A stretch of 64,000 nucleotides of DNA from an uncultured Bacilli bacterium (GCA_947624045.1 CANQIL010000001.1:28978-92977), one strand, 5' to 3'. Numbered from the stretch's first letter, positions 37,979-49,754 are shown. Made by a program: numbers and translations. Notes: generated by a model from the sequence alone, not told the origin.

Positions 37979-38900
37979 AGACTTCTTTACTCCTTTTAAC
38001 TAATATATTTTGGATAATTGTAAAGACATTAGATGTTACCCAATAGATACCTAGACCTGATGGCATAAAGATTGCAGTTACTACTATCATACCACACATC
38101 ATTATAGGCATCATTTTCATTGAGGGGTCTTGCATATTGCCGGTTGAGTTCATTTTGAATGAGTAGAATGTTGTAAAGGCAATTATTAACATTAAGATTA
38201 AGTAAGAATAGAAAGTTGCGGATGTGATACCAACGGCAGGAGTTGTTCCTAGTTCTAAGCCTAACATAGTGTCTTCGAAAATAGCCGGTGTTCTTTGGAT
38301 AGCTTCTAAGAAAGCGATGAATAATGGCAATTGTAAAAATGCAAATAGACAACCGGATAGGGGATTGATGTTATATTTTTTGTAGACCATCATCATTTCT
38401 TGATTTTGTTTTATCATAGATTCTTGGTCGTCTTTGCCACTGTATTTTCTTTGGATTTTATCAAGTTCTGGTTGAGCTTTTTTGATTAATTCAGACTGTA
38501 AGGCCGTCTTTTTCGTAACAGGAAAGGCGATTAATCTTATCGCAAGGGTTACGGTGATTACGGATAGGGCATAGTTGTTTAATAATTTTCCTATTATAAT
38601 AAGAATAAAGGCTAGGGGTTTTACGAAAATGCTCGTCCATAAGCCCTCATATTTGCCTGATGTTATCTTAAAGTTTTTACAGTCAGGTAGTTTTTCAATG
38701 TTGACTTTATTTTCCTTATATGTTTTTAGGCTTTCTTTGTTAGTTGGTTTACATAATATGTTAGCAGTTAAGTTTTGGCCGGTTAATTCATTTTTTACGG
38801 GTTTGTTATTTTTGTCAGTTAATATTTTGGTACAGCCCGTTGATAGAATTATGAGGCATAGGATAAGTAGTAACTTTAGTTTTTGATGATTTTTCTTCAT
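37965..38900 (-). CDS. yidC: membrane protein insertase YidC/SpoIIIJ (lipoprotein)
   Basis: Lipobox ILSTGC. YidC core with multiple TM segments. Confidence 0.9.
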   Translation of the reverse strand: MKKNHQKLKLLLILCLIILSTGCTKILTDKNNKPVKNELTGQNLTANILCKPTNKESLKTYKENKVNIEKLPDCKNFKITSGKYEGLWTSIFVKPLAFILIIIGKLLNNYALSVITVTLAIRLIAFPVTKKTALQSELIKKAQPELDKIQRKYSGKDDQESMIKQNQEMMMVYKKYNINPLSGCLFAFLQLPLFIAFLEAIQRTPAIFEDTMLGLELGTTPAVGITSATFYSYLILMLIIAFTTFYSFKMNSTGNMQDPSMKMMPIMMCGMIVVTAIFMPSGLGIYWVTSNVFTIIQNILVKRSKEVYGKA

Positions 38901-38901
38901 T

Positions 38902-39237
38902 TTAGATGTCCTTTCTTTGTTTTTTCATTAGAAAGAGAAAATCTTGTTCTAATTCCTTAAAAGTTTTATTTTCTCCTCCTTTTCTAAATATTATAATATA
39001 ATCTTGACTATTATTGTAGTGTTTTTTGTAATTATCGATAATTGAGCGGATTTTTCGTTTGTATTTGTTGCGATAAACGGCATTGCCTAGTTTTTTACTT
39101 ACGGAAATACCAAAGCGGTCATAGGGGAGGGTATTTTTTTTTGCGTATATTACAAAGCTTTGATTTTTTACACAGTTTTTTGTACTTATTATTTTTTCAA
39201 AGTCTTGATTTGTTTTGACTATGTATAATTTTTTCAT
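38902..39237 (-). CDS. rnpA: ribonuclease P protein component
   Basis: 111-aa basic protein with GISVSKK.GNAV.RN..KR. Confidence 0.9.
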   Translation of the reverse strand: MKKLYIVKTNQDFEKIISTKNCVKNQSFVIYAKKNTLPYDRFGISVSKKLGNAVYRNKYKRKIRSIIDNYKKHYNNSQDYIIIFRKGGENKTFKELEQDFLFLMKKQRKDI

Positions 39238-39291
39238 ATTGGACTCCCTCCTTTTAAAAGTAAAAAACCACTGTAATAGGCAGCGGCAGTT

Positions 39292-39414
39292 TTATGCGCA
39301 AAGTTTCTTACGACCTTTACGACGGCGACGATTTAAAACGTTTGTTTTCTTACGTGCAAAGAAACCTAGTCTTTTTGCTTTTTTACGATTATTTGGTTGA
39401 TAAGTTCTTTTCAT
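39292..39414 (-). CDS. rpmH: 50S ribosomal protein L34
   Basis: MKRTYQPNNRKKAKRLGF...RRRRKGRKKL. GGAGGTG lies upstream. The ORF-track start at 39474 is too long. Confidence 0.9.
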   Translation of the reverse strand: MKRTYQPNNRKKAKRLGFFARKKTNVLNRRRRKGRKKLCA

Positions 39415-39599
39415 CAGTTCCACCTCCAGACATAAATCTACATTATTATAATAAGAATAGGGGAGGTTTGTCAATTAAAAATTGGGGAAATTTGCTTATT
39501 GCAGTACTTCTGATTTAGATAAGGGTAAGGGGTTTAGCTTTTTGGTTTTTAGGATGAGTACTTAATTTTTAGTAATATGCTTTAGGAGAGGCTGTTGAT

Positions 39600-39790
39600 T
39601 TTGTGGGATATTGTTGTTAGGGGAGTGTGGATAAATTTTTAGAAAAATATTTTATCCACAAGAAATAGTGGATAACTATTGAGATGAAATATGGGTAAAG
39701 AGGTGTTTTTCACAATTTCAACAGACTTGTGGAAAGACTTTTCAATAGATGTTAATAGAAAAGTTGTGGAAAATGTGGAAAACTAAGGAA
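39600..39790. promoter_or_regulatory. oriC: oriC DnaA-box cluster upstream of dnaA
   Basis: Perfect boxes TGTGGATAA (39626-39634) and TTATCCACA (39652-39660). One-mismatch boxes at 39667-39675, 39765-39773 and 39774-39782. Confidence 0.8.
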
Positions 39791-39935
39791 AAGCTTGTAG
39801 TATAAAGATTTAAGTTGTTGAAAAAATTGGGGATTAATTGTTGATAAAAATTTTTGTAAAAATTGGGTTTATTTTTTTGAAAAATTGGGTTATAGTAAAC
39901 GTAACTTGATTTTATTCTTGTGGGGAGATGGTAGA

Positions 39936-41324
39936 ATGAATGTCGATATTTTATGGTCTAAATTCTTAGATTCTATTAAAGATGACTTATCTTCACTATC
40001 TTTTTCTACGTGGTTTCAAGATACGAAACTTTATAGAATAGAAGATAATAATGCTTATATAGTTGTGCCAATGCCTATTCATAAAAAACATTTAATGGAT
40101 AATTATTCAGAATTAATAAATAATCGCTTAATTGAAATTACAGGTAATAGTTATGAGTTAGTCTTTATATTAAAAGAAGAAATAAGTGGTTTGGAGTTTG
40201 AAGAAGAACAAAAGGTTGAAGAAAATGTGAATGTACAAGATGTGGATAAACCGAAGATATATAATTCAACAAATCTAAAGAGAAAATATTTATTTGATAA
40301 TTTTATAGTCGGAAATAGTAATAAGTTTGCTCACGCGGCGGCGCTTTCGGTAGCGGAAAATCCGGGCAATATGTATAATCCTTTGTTTCTTTATGGAAAT
40401 AGTGGACTAGGGAAAACACATTTAATGCATGCGATAGGGAATTATATTGTGGATAATTCTAAGAAGCGAGTCTTATATGTAACAAGTGACCAGTTTATCC
40501 AAGATTTTATTGGTATTAATAAAAAAGATGAAAATGATACTAATTTCAATTATGTTGATTTTTTCAAAAATAAATATCGTAATATTGATGTGCTTTTAAT
40601 TGATGATATTCAGTTTTTAGGAGGAGCATCAAAGACCCAACAGGAGTTTTTCCATACCTTTAATACATTGTATAATGATAGTAAGCAGATAATTATTTCC
40701 TCTGACCGGTCGCCTGATGATTTGAAATTACTTGAAGACCGTTTGAGAACTAGGTTTTGTTGGGGATTAACGGTGAATATTTTTCCACCTGACTTTAATC
40801 TGAAAATGGAAATAATAAAAAAGAAGATTATTGCCGGTAACTTTGAAAAGGAAATTCCAGAAGATGTCATTGAGTATATTGCTTCTAATATAGGACCAGA
40901 TGTTAGGCAATTAGAGGGTTCTATAACAAGACTTATTGCTTATTCTACAATAATGGGGGGAGCTGATATTAACTTAGATTTGGCAATTGAAGCTCTAAAA
41001 GACTTTATCAGTAAAGGAATGGGTGAAAAAAATGACATTCAACGAATACAAAAAATTGTTTCTGAGTATTTTCAAATATCGGTTGAAGATATAAGAAGTA
41101 AAAAGCGAAGTTCAAATATTTCTTTCCCAAGACAGATTGCTATGTACTTATGTAGAGTAATAACAGGCGAATCTTTTCCTAAGATAGGAACAGAATTTGG
41201 GGGAAAGGACCATTCAACAGTAATGCACTCAGTGGAAAAAATTGAAACAGAAAGAAAAGTTAATAAAGACTTAAATAATATTATTGAAAAATTAAAAGAT
41301 GATATAGGCATTGTGCAAAAGTGA
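39936..41324 (+). CDS. dnaA: chromosomal replication initiator protein DnaA
   Basis: Walker A GNSGLGKTHL, sensor and box motifs, C-terminal DNA-binding KDHSTVMHS. Start at MNVDILW, with GGGGAG 8 nt upstream. Confidence 0.97.
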   Translation: MNVDILWSKFLDSIKDDLSSLSFSTWFQDTKLYRIEDNNAYIVVPMPIHKKHLMDNYSELINNRLIEITGNSYELVFILKEEISGLEFEEEQKVEENVNVQDVDKPKIYNSTNLKRKYLFDNFIVGNSNKFAHAAALSVAENPGNMYNPLFLYGNSGLGKTHLMHAIGNYIVDNSKKRVLYVTSDQFIQDFIGINKKDENDTNFNYVDFFKNKYRNIDVLLIDDIQFLGGASKTQQEFFHTFNTLYNDSKQIIISSDRSPDDLKLLEDRLRTRFCWGLTVNIFPPDFNLKMEIIKKKIIAGNFEKEIPEDVIEYIASNIGPDVRQLEGSITRLIAYSTIMGGADINLDLAIEALKDFISKGMGEKNDIQRIQKIVSEYFQISVEDIRSKKRSSNISFPRQIAMYLCRVITGESFPKIGTEFGGKDHSTVMHSVEKIETERKVNKDLNNIIEKLKDDIGIVQK

Positions 41325-41448
41325 TAATTTTCCATAAATTTTCCACAGTTGAATTTTGGAAAAAAACATTATAAAATAAAGAAATGAGAAGTTTTAAACT
41401 TTTTCCACTGTAATAATATAAAAAATAAAAAGAAAGAAGGAATAATAA
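41325..41448. promoter_or_regulatory. oriC: dnaA-dnaN intergenic oriC segment (DnaA-box-like sites and an AT-rich unwinding region)
   Basis: TTTTCCACA (41339-41347), further TTTTCCAnn sites, and a very AT-rich stretch before dnaN. Confidence 0.6.
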
Positions 41449-42579
41449 ATGAAATTAACTATAAAAAAAGAATTATTATTGGAGGCTTTAAATAAAGTTT
41501 CAAAAGCGATATCTACTAAAAATCTTATCCCCGTTTTAGCAGGAATTAAATTTGAAGTAAAAAAGAAAAAGCTAACTTTAACGGCTAGTGATAATGATAT
41601 AACGATACAAACGGTAATAGAAGCTGTTAATGAAGAAGATTTTAAAATTGAATCAGAGGGTAGCATTATAATACAAGGTAAGTATATTTTGGATATAGTT
41701 AGAAAATTACCTGATGAGTTTATTAATATTGAAGTAGTTGATGATTTAAAAATACTTATTTATACAAAAGAGGATAGAGAATTTAATTTGAATGGAATTA
41801 GTGAAAGTGAATATCCTAATATTTCTTTAGAGGAAAGTAAAAAGAAAGTTGATGTTAAAGCAGGAGTTTTTAAAAATATTGTTAATCAAACAGCTTTTGC
41901 TTCTTCTAATGAGGAAAGTAAACCAGTCTTAATGGGTATTAATTTCAATATTGCCGGAAATGTCCTTGAATGTAATTCAACAGATTCTTATCGTTTAGCT
42001 AGAAAAGTTGTTAAATTAGATAAGGAAAGCGAAGATAGTTATAATATTATTATTCCTAGTCATAATATTTTAGAGTTTGTAAAAATATTGGGTGATGATG
42101 AAGAAATCGTTGAGTTACATATATTTAGTAATAAGATTTTATTTAAAGTGGGAAATTTAAAGTTTGAGTCACGCTTAATAAATGGAACTTATCCTAATAC
42201 ATCTAATTTATTACCTGATGAATCTTTAATGACTGTTAATACGAATTTAAATGACTTTTATAATGTTATAGATAGAGTTAGTATTTTAACTAGTGATAAA
42301 GAGAAGAATATTGTTACACTTGAAACGGAGGGAAATGCTTTAATATTAAGAAGTAGTTCTTTGGAAGTTGGTAGAGTAGAAGAAAAAATGCTTGTTAATA
42401 AAGATAGTGAAGAAGATATAAAGATTTCCTTTAGTGCTAAATATATGATGGAAGCTTTAAAAAGCTTTTCCACAGAAACTGTGGATATTCATTTTGTCGG
42501 AGAGATTAAGCCAATACTAATAAAATCTAAGGAAGATGATACTTTAACACAACTAGTGTTACCAATTAGAACTTATTAA
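41449..42579 (+). CDS. dnaN: DNA polymerase III beta sliding clamp
   Basis: 376 aa. MKLTIKKELLLEALNKVSKAIS... and ...LVLPIRTY are typical of DnaN. Position after dnaA. Confidence 0.95.
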   Translation: MKLTIKKELLLEALNKVSKAISTKNLIPVLAGIKFEVKKKKLTLTASDNDITIQTVIEAVNEEDFKIESEGSIIIQGKYILDIVRKLPDEFINIEVVDDLKILIYTKEDREFNLNGISESEYPNISLEESKKKVDVKAGVFKNIVNQTAFASSNEESKPVLMGINFNIAGNVLECNSTDSYRLARKVVKLDKESEDSYNIIIPSHNILEFVKILGDDEEIVELHIFSNKILFKVGNLKFESRLINGTYPNTSNLLPDESLMTVNTNLNDFYNVIDRVSILTSDKEKNIVTLETEGNALILRSSSLEVGRVEEKMLVNKDSEEDIKISFSAKYMMEALKSFSTETVDIHFVGEIKPILIKSKEDDTLTQLVLPIRTY

Positions 42580-42742
42580 TTATAAGAATTAAAAGAAGAA
42601 TTTTCTTAAAAATATTAAAAAAGTTCTTTTTTTTATGCAAATTTTTAAATTTATTACTAATAATATATATGAAAAGGAAAATTTTATTCATTTTTCGACA
42701 AAATAAGACAAAATTCGACAAAAGAAAGTGCTAATATGTAAG

Positions 42743-42771
42743 TGGAAAACGCGGGTACTAGACGTTTTCCA
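42743..42771. repeat. inverted repeat in the comK-like leader
   Basis: TGGAAAACG, 11 nt, CGTTTTCCA (perfect 9-bp arms). Preceded by the direct repeats TTCGACAAAA twice. Confidence 0.35.
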
Positions 42772-42787
42772 TATAGGGGGAATTAAA

Positions 42788-43240
42788 ATGAAATATGAAG
42801 TAAATTATGGTACACTGGCAATAATGCCAAATAATACTGATGACAGCTTAGTTTATGAAGATGAACAAAGATATCTTGTTGATGGGACACCTTTTGAAAT
42901 AATGGAAGATAGTTGCCGTTATTTTGGAAGTACTTATGAGGGAAGAAAAGAAAGTGCTAAGGCTATTTTAGGTGCTGAATATAAAGTACCGATAATTGTT
43001 GAGGATACTAATAATTTGATAGTCTTTCCAACAACATCACCATCAGCAAATGACTGTATTTGGATATCACTAAATAGGATAAGAAAATTTGAGCCTATTG
43101 ATAATCAACATACAAAAATTATTTTTGATAATGAAATGGAAATTATCGTTCCATCAACTTATAGAAGTATACAAAATCAAGTTTCTAGAGCAACAAGATT
43201 AGATTACATAATAAGAAAAAGAAAAAATCCACAAGTTTAA
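42788..43240 (+). CDS. comK: ComK-family competence transcription factor homolog
   Basis: YEVNYGTLAIMP, SCRYFGSTYEGRK, KVPIIV...IVFPTTS and NQV.R motifs collinear with remembered B. subtilis ComK. GGGGGA lies upstream of this ATG. Confidence 0.8.
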   Translation: MKYEVNYGTLAIMPNNTDDSLVYEDEQRYLVDGTPFEIMEDSCRYFGSTYEGRKESAKAILGAEYKVPIIVEDTNNLIVFPTTSPSANDCIWISLNRIRKFEPIDNQHTKIIFDNEMEIIVPSTYRSIQNQVSRATRLDYIIRKRKNPQV

Positions 43241-43379
43241 TTAAATTTAGCTAAAAATAGTTTTATTTTAAAGCTATTTTTTGTGTTTTAAGGGCTTTTT
43301 TATGGTATAATAGATACGTACGTATAGGAATACCGTAATGGGGATGGGTGAAGTATATGAGAGTTTTAAAGGTAAATAA

Positions 43380-44498
43380 ATGAAAATTACTAAATTAAAT
43401 CTTATTAATTTTAGAAATTATTCTAATGAGAGTTTAAATCTTGGTGAAAGAATGAATATTTTTATTGGGGATAATGCTCAAGGGAAGACCAATATATTAG
43501 AAGCTATTACGATTTTAGCTTTAACAAAATCACATCGAGTTAATTATAATCCTAATATAATTCAGTTTAATAAGAAAAAAAGTACTATTAAAGGAGTAGT
43601 TAAAAAAGATAAAATTATATCTAAATTAGAAATTGAAATAAGTGAAGAGGCAAAGAAATTTAAAATAAATAAAACAGAAATAAAGAAAGTTGCGGATTAC
43701 ATAGCTCATTTAAATATAATTATTTTTACACCAGATGACTTAGAAATAATAAAAGCTTCTCCAAATGTACGAAGAAATTTATTGAATATACAACTTTCAC
43801 AAATATCTAAGACATATTTAAATACTTATAATCAATATAATAAGCTTTTAAAAACAAGAAATGAATATTTGAAGATTCTATTTAATAACAATATAGCCGA
43901 TAAAACGTACTTGGATGTTATAACAGATAAATTAATTGAAAAAGCTATTGTTATTTATCAACTGAGGAAAGAATATATTGATTTAATTAATTTAAGAATA
44001 AATAAGTATTATAATGAAATAGCCGATAATGAGGTCTTAGAAGTTGAATATGTACCTAATGTAGAAATTACAGATTATGAATATGAAGCTCTTAGAAAGA
44101 CTTTAAAATATAAGTATAAAAAATATTACTTGAAAGAGTTAAATTATGGTATGACTATATATGGTCCTCATCGTGATGAGTTTTTGTTCAAATTTAAGAC
44201 AACTGATAGAGATTTGAAATTTTTTGGCTCACAGGGACAACAAAAATTAGCAATTATATCCTTTAAGTTAACGGAAATTGAAATTTTTAAAGAAAAATGT
44301 GGTGCTTATCCGGTTTTGCTTTTAGATGATATTTTTAGTGAACTTGATATTGCTAAGAGAAATAAAATACTAAAGTTAGTTGGAAATTATGATATACAAA
44401 GTATTATAACGACAACAGATTTGAAAAATATTCGGAAAAATTTTATAAAAGATGCTTTTATTTTTGAAGTTAAAGCAGGTAAAGTAGAAAGAAAGTAG
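43380..44498 (+). CDS. recF: DNA replication and repair protein RecF
   Basis: Walker [10 protein letters not shown], signature SQGQQK, Walker B LLLDD. Confidence 0.93.
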   Translation: MKITKLNLINFRNYSNESLNLGERMNIFIGDNAQGKTNILEAITILALTKSHRVNYNPNIIQFNKKKSTIKGVVKKDKIISKLEIEISEEAKKFKINKTEIKKVADYIAHLNIIIFTPDDLEIIKASPNVRRNLLNIQLSQISKTYLNTYNQYNKLLKTRNEYLKILFNNNIADKTYLDVITDKLIEKAIVIYQLRKEYIDLINLRINKYYNEIADNEVLEVEYVPNVEITDYEYEALRKTLKYKYKKYYLKELNYGMTIYGPHRDEFLFKFKTTDRDLKFFGSQGQQKLAIISFKLTEIEIFKEKCGAYPVLLLDDIFSELDIAKRNKILKLVGNYDIQSIITTTDLKNIRKNFIKDAFIFEVKAGKVERK

Positions 44499-44506
44499 GT
44501 ATTAAC

Positions 44507-46432
44507 ATGAGTGATGAAAAAGTTATGACAAATTATGATTCTTCAGCTATTCAAGTTTTAGAGGGTTTAGAGGCTGTTAGAAAAAGACCAGGTATGTATA
44601 TAGGTACTACTAGTTCTAGAGGGCTACATCATTTGGTTTGGGAAATTGTGGATAATGCTATTGATGAAGCTTTAGCTGGTTATTGTTCTCATATTGAAGT
44701 TACTATTGGTAAAGATAATAGTATTACAGTAAAAGATGATGGACGTGGTATACCAGTAGATATTCATCCTAAGACAGGAAAAAGTACTGTTGAAACAGTT
44801 TATACCGTTTTGCATGCTGGAGGAAAGTTTGGCGGTGGCGGATATAAAGTTTCCGGTGGATTGCATGGTGTAGGTGCTAGTGTCGTTAATGCTTTGAGTG
44901 ATTGGCTTGAAGTTAGAGTCTATAAAAATGGTAATGTTTATTATCAAAGATTTAGTAAGGGTGGACATCCGGAAGATGATTTGAAAATAATAGATAAATG
45001 TGATGAAAATAGAACAGGTACTACGGTACATTTTTTACCAGATGATGAGATTTTTACGGAAACAACAGTTTATGATTATGAGATATTAAAATCTAGATTA
45101 AAAGAGTTGGCTTTTTTAAATAAGGGACTTAGAATTTCTTTATACGATGATAGGGAGCCAGATAAGAAAGATTCATTTTATTATGAGGGCGGTATTATTG
45201 AGTATGTCCAAATGATAAATAAGAATAAGGGTCCAATTCATGAAAGTATTGTCTATGTTGAGGGAGAAGAAAAGGATATTAAAGTAGAGGTTGCTTTACA
45301 ATATAATGAAACTTATAACTCAAGTATTTATTCTTTTGTTAATAATATTACGACGCCAGAGGGTGGTACGCATGAAGACGGTGTTAGAAGAGCTTTAACG
45401 AGGATTCTTAATAAGTACGCAGTTAATGCTAATTTAATGAAAGAAAAGGATGACTCTTTAACTGGTGATGATGTTCGTGAGGGTATAACAATGATTATTT
45501 CTATAAAGCATCCTAATCCACAATTTGAGGGACAAACTAAAACAAAATTAGGTAATAGTGAAGTTAGAGGTATTGCGGATAAGATTTTTTCGGAGGCTTT
45601 TGAGAGATTTTTAATGGAAAATCCGGACCAAGCTAGAATTATTTTGGATAAATCAATGACGGCTAGTAGGGCTAGAGTGGCAGCTAAGAAAGCTCGTGAG
45701 CTTACTAGAAGAAAAGGTGATTTGGATATAACTAACTTTTATGGTAAGTTGTCTGACTGTAAAAGTAAGAATGCCGAGGAAAGTGAGATATTCTTAGTCG
45801 AGGGTGATTCGGCAGGTGGGTCTGCGATTAAGGGAAGAGATAGTATGACGCAAGCTATATTGCCTTTACGTGGAAAGATTTTAAATGTTGAAAAGGCTAG
45901 GTTGGATAGGGCTTTATCTAATGAAGAGATAAGGACGATAATTACAGCTTTTGGTACAGGAATTGGTGAAGAGTTTGATTTGTCGAAGCTTCGTTATCAT
46001 AAGATTATAATTATGACTGATGCCGATGTTGATGGTAGTCATATTCGTGTGTTACTTTTAACGTTGTTCTATAGATTTTTTAAGCCAATTGTGGAAGCCG
46101 GTCATGTTTATGCGGCTCAACCTCCGTTGTATCGTATTACGCATGGTAAGACAAGAAAGTATGTGTTAGATGATGCGGAACGAGATGAGTATTTGGCTGG
46201 TTTGGGTCCTAATGTGAAGTATGAGATTGCTCGTATGAAAGGTTTGGGCGAGATGGATGCGGAAGAGTTAAATGAAACTACTATGGATATTACGCAGAGA
46301 GTTTTAAGAAAAATAACGGTAGAGGACGCTATAGCTGCTGATGAGATTTTCTCTAAATTAATGGGTGAAGAAGTTGAACCTCGTAGAGAATTTATTGAAC
46401 AAAATGCAACTTATGCTAATTTAGATGTTTAG
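44507..46432 (+). CDS. gyrB: DNA gyrase subunit B
   Basis: GHKL ATPase ([23 protein letters not shown]), Toprim EGDSAGG and [10 protein letters not shown]. Confidence 0.98.
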   Translation: MSDEKVMTNYDSSAIQVLEGLEAVRKRPGMYIGTTSSRGLHHLVWEIVDNAIDEALAGYCSHIEVTIGKDNSITVKDDGRGIPVDIHPKTGKSTVETVYTVLHAGGKFGGGGYKVSGGLHGVGASVVNALSDWLEVRVYKNGNVYYQRFSKGGHPEDDLKIIDKCDENRTGTTVHFLPDDEIFTETTVYDYEILKSRLKELAFLNKGLRISLYDDREPDKKDSFYYEGGIIEYVQMINKNKGPIHESIVYVEGEEKDIKVEVALQYNETYNSSIYSFVNNITTPEGGTHEDGVRRALTRILNKYAVNANLMKEKDDSLTGDDVREGITMIISIKHPNPQFEGQTKTKLGNSEVRGIADKIFSEAFERFLMENPDQARIILDKSMTASRARVAAKKARELTRRKGDLDITNFYGKLSDCKSKNAEESEIFLVEGDSAGGSAIKGRDSMTQAILPLRGKILNVEKARLDRALSNEEIRTIITAFGTGIGEEFDLSKLRYHKIIIMTDADVDGSHIRVLLLTLFYRFFKPIVEAGHVYAAQPPLYRITHGKTRKYVLDDAERDEYLAGLGPNVKYEIARMKGLGEMDAEELNETTMDITQRVLRKITVEDAIAADEIFSKLMGEEVEPRREFIEQNATYANLDV

Positions 46433-46444
46433 GAGGTTTTATAC

Positions 46445-48955
46445 GTGGATAGATTAGAGAAAAATAATATTGTTAAAGAGGTACAAGATTCTTTCTTAGA
46501 TTATTCAATGAGTGTTATTACGGCTCGTGCTATTCCTGACCTTAGAGATGGTTTGAAACCGGTACATCGTCGTATTTTATATTCAATGTTTGTATCTGGT
46601 TATACGCCTGATAAGCCACATAGGAAGAGTGCTAAGACAGTCGGTGAGGTTATGGGTAATTTCCATCCGCATGGAGATTCTTCTATTTATGAAGCTATGG
46701 TTAGAATGGCTCAAGATTTTTCTTACCGATATATGTTAATTGATGGGCATGGTAATTTTGGTAATATTGAGGGATATGGAGCTGCGGCTATGCGTTATAC
46801 TGAGTCGCGTTTGTCTAAGATTTCTCTAGAATTATTAAGAAATATCAATAAAGATACAGTTGATTTTATTCCTAACTTTGATGAAAGTGAGAAAGAGCCT
46901 ACAGTTTTGCCATCTCGTTTTCCAAATATTTTGGTAAATGGAACTACGGGTATAGCGGTTGGTATGGCTACGAATATTCCTCCTCATAATTTGGGTGAGG
47001 TTATTGATGGCTGTGTTGCTTATATTGATAATCCGGATATTGATTTAGATGGGTTGATGAAGTATATTAAGGGTCCTGATTTTCCGACTGGTGCGATTAT
47101 TTTAGGAAATAGTGGTATTAGAAAGGCTTATGAAACGGGTAGAGGAACAATTACTATTCGTAGTAAAGCGCAAATTGAGGAGAAAAATGGTAAGCAATAT
47201 ATTATAATTGATGAGGTTCCTTATGGGGTTAATACTTTGGAGCTTAAAAATAAAGTGGCCGAGCTTGTTCATAATAAGGTAATTGATGGTATTAGTGATT
47301 ATCATTCTGATTTGAAAGATGGTATAAAGATAACTATTACTTTAAAGAAAGATGCTAATGCGCAGGTTGTTTTAAATAAGTTGTACAAGCATACGGCTTT
47401 TCAAACTAGTTATGGTATAATCTTTTTAATGTTAGACCAAGGGGTACCTAAGACTTTGGGTCTTAAGGATATTATCGTTAAATACATTGATTATCAAAGG
47501 GAAGTAATTATTAGAAGAACGAAGTTTGATTTAGATGTAGCGGAAAAAAGAGTTCATATTTTAGAGGGCTTAAAGATTGCTTTGGATAACATTGATGCGG
47601 TTATTAAGTTAATTCGTGGGTCTGATAGTGATGATGAGGCTAGAGCTGGCTTGATGGAGAACTTTAAGTTAACGGAGATTCAGGCTAATGCAATTCTTGA
47701 GATGAGATTACGTCGTTTGACTGGTTTGGAACGTGAGAAAATTGAGAATGAGTTAAAGGATTTGCTTGCGACTATTGAGGAGTTGAAGTCTATTTTAGCT
47801 AGTGATGAGAAGATTTTGGAAGTTATAAAGAATGAGCTTCTTGAAATTAAGGCTAAATATGATGATGAAAGACGTACGAATATTGATATGACGGCTATTG
47901 AGTATATCGAAGATGAGTCTTTAATTCCTGAGGAAGATATTATTGTTACTTTGACAAATAATGGTTATATTAAGAGATTACGTACGGATACTTATCGTAC
48001 ACAGAACCGTGGTGGTGTAGGTATCAAGGGTATGTCGACGAATGAGGAAGATTTTGCTAAGCATTTGGTTTCTATGAAAACTCATGATTACATTTTGTTC
48101 TTCTCTAATAAGGGTAGAGTCTATAGAATGAAAGGTTACGAGATTCCGGAATTTTCTAGACAGTCTAAGGGATTACCTATTGTTAATTTATTGCCATTAG
48201 AAAAAGAAGAGAACATAAGTTCGATAGTAGATTTAAAGGCTAGTGATGATGATTTTACTAAGTATTTGGTTTTTGCTACTAAAGATGGTATTGTTAAGCG
48301 TACGGCAATTGAAGAGTTTGATAATATTAGGAAAAGTGGTAAGATTGCGATTGTTTTAAAGGAAAATGATGAGCTTATCAGTGTTCGAAAGAGCTGTGGA
48401 AAAAATGAAATTATAATCGGAGCTAGTAATGGTAGAATGGTTCGTTTTGATGAAAATGAAATTCGTTCTATGGGACGTAGTAGTTCTGGTGTTAAAGGTA
48501 TTGACCTTGAGGGTAGTAAGGTTGTAGGAGCTGAGGTTATTCAACCTGGTGAGTATGTCTTGATTGTTACTGAAAAGGGTTATGGTAAAAAAAGTTTAAT
48601 TGATGAGTATAGACTAACACATAGAGGTAGTAAGGGTGTTAAGGCTTACAATATTACTGATAAAAATGGTACTATGGTTGCTTTGAAGACATTTAATGGT
48701 GATTATGAAAAAGAATTAGATGTTATTGTTGTTACGGATAGTGGGGTATTTATGAAGATGCCATTAGACCAGATTTCTACTTTGAAACGTGCTACGCAAG
48801 GTGTTAGATTGATTAATTTGAAAGATGAGCAATTGGTATCAACTGTTACTATTGTAAAGAAAGAGGAAGAGATTCCTGATGATGACAGTGATAGTGATAG
48901 TGAGAACTCAGAGGTTACTGCTACAGATACGGTTGTGGAAAGAACTGAAGAGTAG
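46445..48955 (+). CDS. gyrA: DNA gyrase subunit A
   Basis: GTG start. Active-site region AAMRYTE, QRDR-like [14 protein letters not shown], acidic C-terminal tail. Confidence 0.98.
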   Translation: MDRLEKNNIVKEVQDSFLDYSMSVITARAIPDLRDGLKPVHRRILYSMFVSGYTPDKPHRKSAKTVGEVMGNFHPHGDSSIYEAMVRMAQDFSYRYMLIDGHGNFGNIEGYGAAAMRYTESRLSKISLELLRNINKDTVDFIPNFDESEKEPTVLPSRFPNILVNGTTGIAVGMATNIPPHNLGEVIDGCVAYIDNPDIDLDGLMKYIKGPDFPTGAIILGNSGIRKAYETGRGTITIRSKAQIEEKNGKQYIIIDEVPYGVNTLELKNKVAELVHNKVIDGISDYHSDLKDGIKITITLKKDANAQVVLNKLYKHTAFQTSYGIIFLMLDQGVPKTLGLKDIIVKYIDYQREVIIRRTKFDLDVAEKRVHILEGLKIALDNIDAVIKLIRGSDSDDEARAGLMENFKLTEIQANAILEMRLRRLTGLEREKIENELKDLLATIEELKSILASDEKILEVIKNELLEIKAKYDDERRTNIDMTAIEYIEDESLIPEEDIIVTLTNNGYIKRLRTDTYRTQNRGGVGIKGMSTNEEDFAKHLVSMKTHDYILFFSNKGRVYRMKGYEIPEFSRQSKGLPIVNLLPLEKEENISSIVDLKASDDDFTKYLVFATKDGIVKRTAIEEFDNIRKSGKIAIVLKENDELISVRKSCGKNEIIIGASNGRMVRFDENEIRSMGRSSSGVKGIDLEGSKVVGAEVIQPGEYVLIVTEKGYGKKSLIDEYRLTHRGSKGVKAYNITDKNGTMVALKTFNGDYEKELDVIVVTDSGVFMKMPLDQISTLKRATQGVRLINLKDEQLVSTVTIVKKEEEIPDDDSDSDSENSEVTATDTVVERTEE

Positions 48956-49235
48956 TTAAAGTAAAAAATTAACTTAGTTATAAAGGGTAAATCGATAGTG
49001 GTTTACTCTTTTTTTGTAAAATAGTTTTGTGTTTTATGTAAATTTTTGTCTGTGGAAAAAATATTTTTTGAGTAGAATAGTTTTTTCTTTTGAATTAATG
49101 TGTTAGAAATTTGTAGATATTTTATGTGAGTGTAATAGTAACAGGTATTTTGATAATTAGTTTAAATAGTTATATTACTATCACTGTAAAAATTGTGTCT
49201 GTGGATATTTATTTTATAAAAATATATAGTAAATT

Positions 49236-49249
49236 ATTTCCCGGGAAAT
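49236..49249. promoter_or_regulatory. Noc-binding site (NBS), perfect ATTTCCCGGGAAAT
   Basis: Exact match to the B. subtilis NBS palindrome. Embedded in a 24-bp perfect palindrome AAATTATTTCCCGGGAAATAATTT. Confidence 0.75.
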
Positions 49250-49294
49250 AATTTAGTGAAAATGAAGATAAAATATTATAAGCAAAAAATATAA

Positions 49295-49310
49295 TGTTCC
49301 ACGTGAAACA
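49295..49310. promoter_or_regulatory. parS: parS centromere site, perfect TGTTCCACGTGAAACA
   Basis: Exact 16/16 match to the Firmicute parS consensus TGTTNCACGTGAAACA. Confidence 0.85.
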
Positions 49311-49591
49311 ACAATTCAAATTTGAAATGTGTTTTTATTATTTTTAGTTAATTATTTAAAGTCAAAAAATTGTGGTAATTGAAATAAAAATTATCTTATT
49401 TTTTAATAATTTAATATAATGTCATTATCAATATGTCGAAGTGTGCTTTTTAATCAATTGTTAAAGATAGACGAAGAAAGTATTTAGATATCTATTTATT
49501 ATTTTGATATTTATTAAAATTAATAGATATTTTGCTTAATGATGTAAAATTGTGTCTGTGGATATTTTATTTTATATAACTATAGTAAATT

Positions 49592-49605
49592 ATTTCCCGG
49601 TAAAT
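49592..49605. promoter_or_regulatory. NBS-like site with one mismatch (ATTTCCCGGTAAAT)
   Basis: 13/14 match to the NBS. Same flanks as the other copies. Confidence 0.55.
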
Positions 49606-49646
49606 AATTTGCTGAAATAAAGATAAAATATTATAAGAAAATGAAA

Positions 49647-49662
49647 TGTTTCACGTGGAACA
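49647..49662. promoter_or_regulatory. parS: parS site, perfect (TGTTTCACGTGGAACA, opposite orientation)
   Basis: Reverse complement of TGTTCCACGTGAAACA. Confidence 0.85.
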
Positions 49663-49698
49663 TAGTAGATATATGGTAAAACTAACATAAGAAAAAAT

Positions 49699-49712
49699 AT
49701 TTCCCGGGAAAT
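49699..49712. promoter_or_regulatory. NBS, perfect ATTTCCCGGGAAAT
   Basis: Exact match. Confidence 0.75.
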
Positions 49713-49754
49713 AATTTATTGGAAAAGAAGATAAAATATTATAAGAAAATGAAA

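Noticed and set aside
39885-39935. N-terminal extensions in the ORF track for dnaA (39885). The same issue applies to dnaX (51064), comK-like (42728), rpmH (39474), rplI, rpsF, rlmH, rpoE and the AbgT-family gene.
   Set aside because: Internal starts give the conserved family N-termini and have proper Shine-Dalgarno spacing. The extensions run through an RBS or intergenic signals.
43330-43379. A 13-aa ORF (MGMGEVYESFKGK) whose stop overlaps the recF start, as a possible remnant of yaaA/rlbA.
   Set aside because: It is too short to assess and I see no similarity to S4-domain proteins. Probably just leader sequence.
3126-48544. Numerous 60-119-aa ORFs antisense to or overlapping long conserved genes. 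Examples: 2407..2625, 3126..3332, 3560..3859, 8488..8670, 9633..9890, 21066..21389, 26731..27030, 31117..31473, 36129..36473, 38029..38352, 40610..40870, 44672..45031, 47102..47305.
   Set aside because: All lie within well-supported CDSs on the opposite strand or in another frame. They have no RBS, and their products have skewed low-complexity composition typical of antisense frames in AT-rich DNA.
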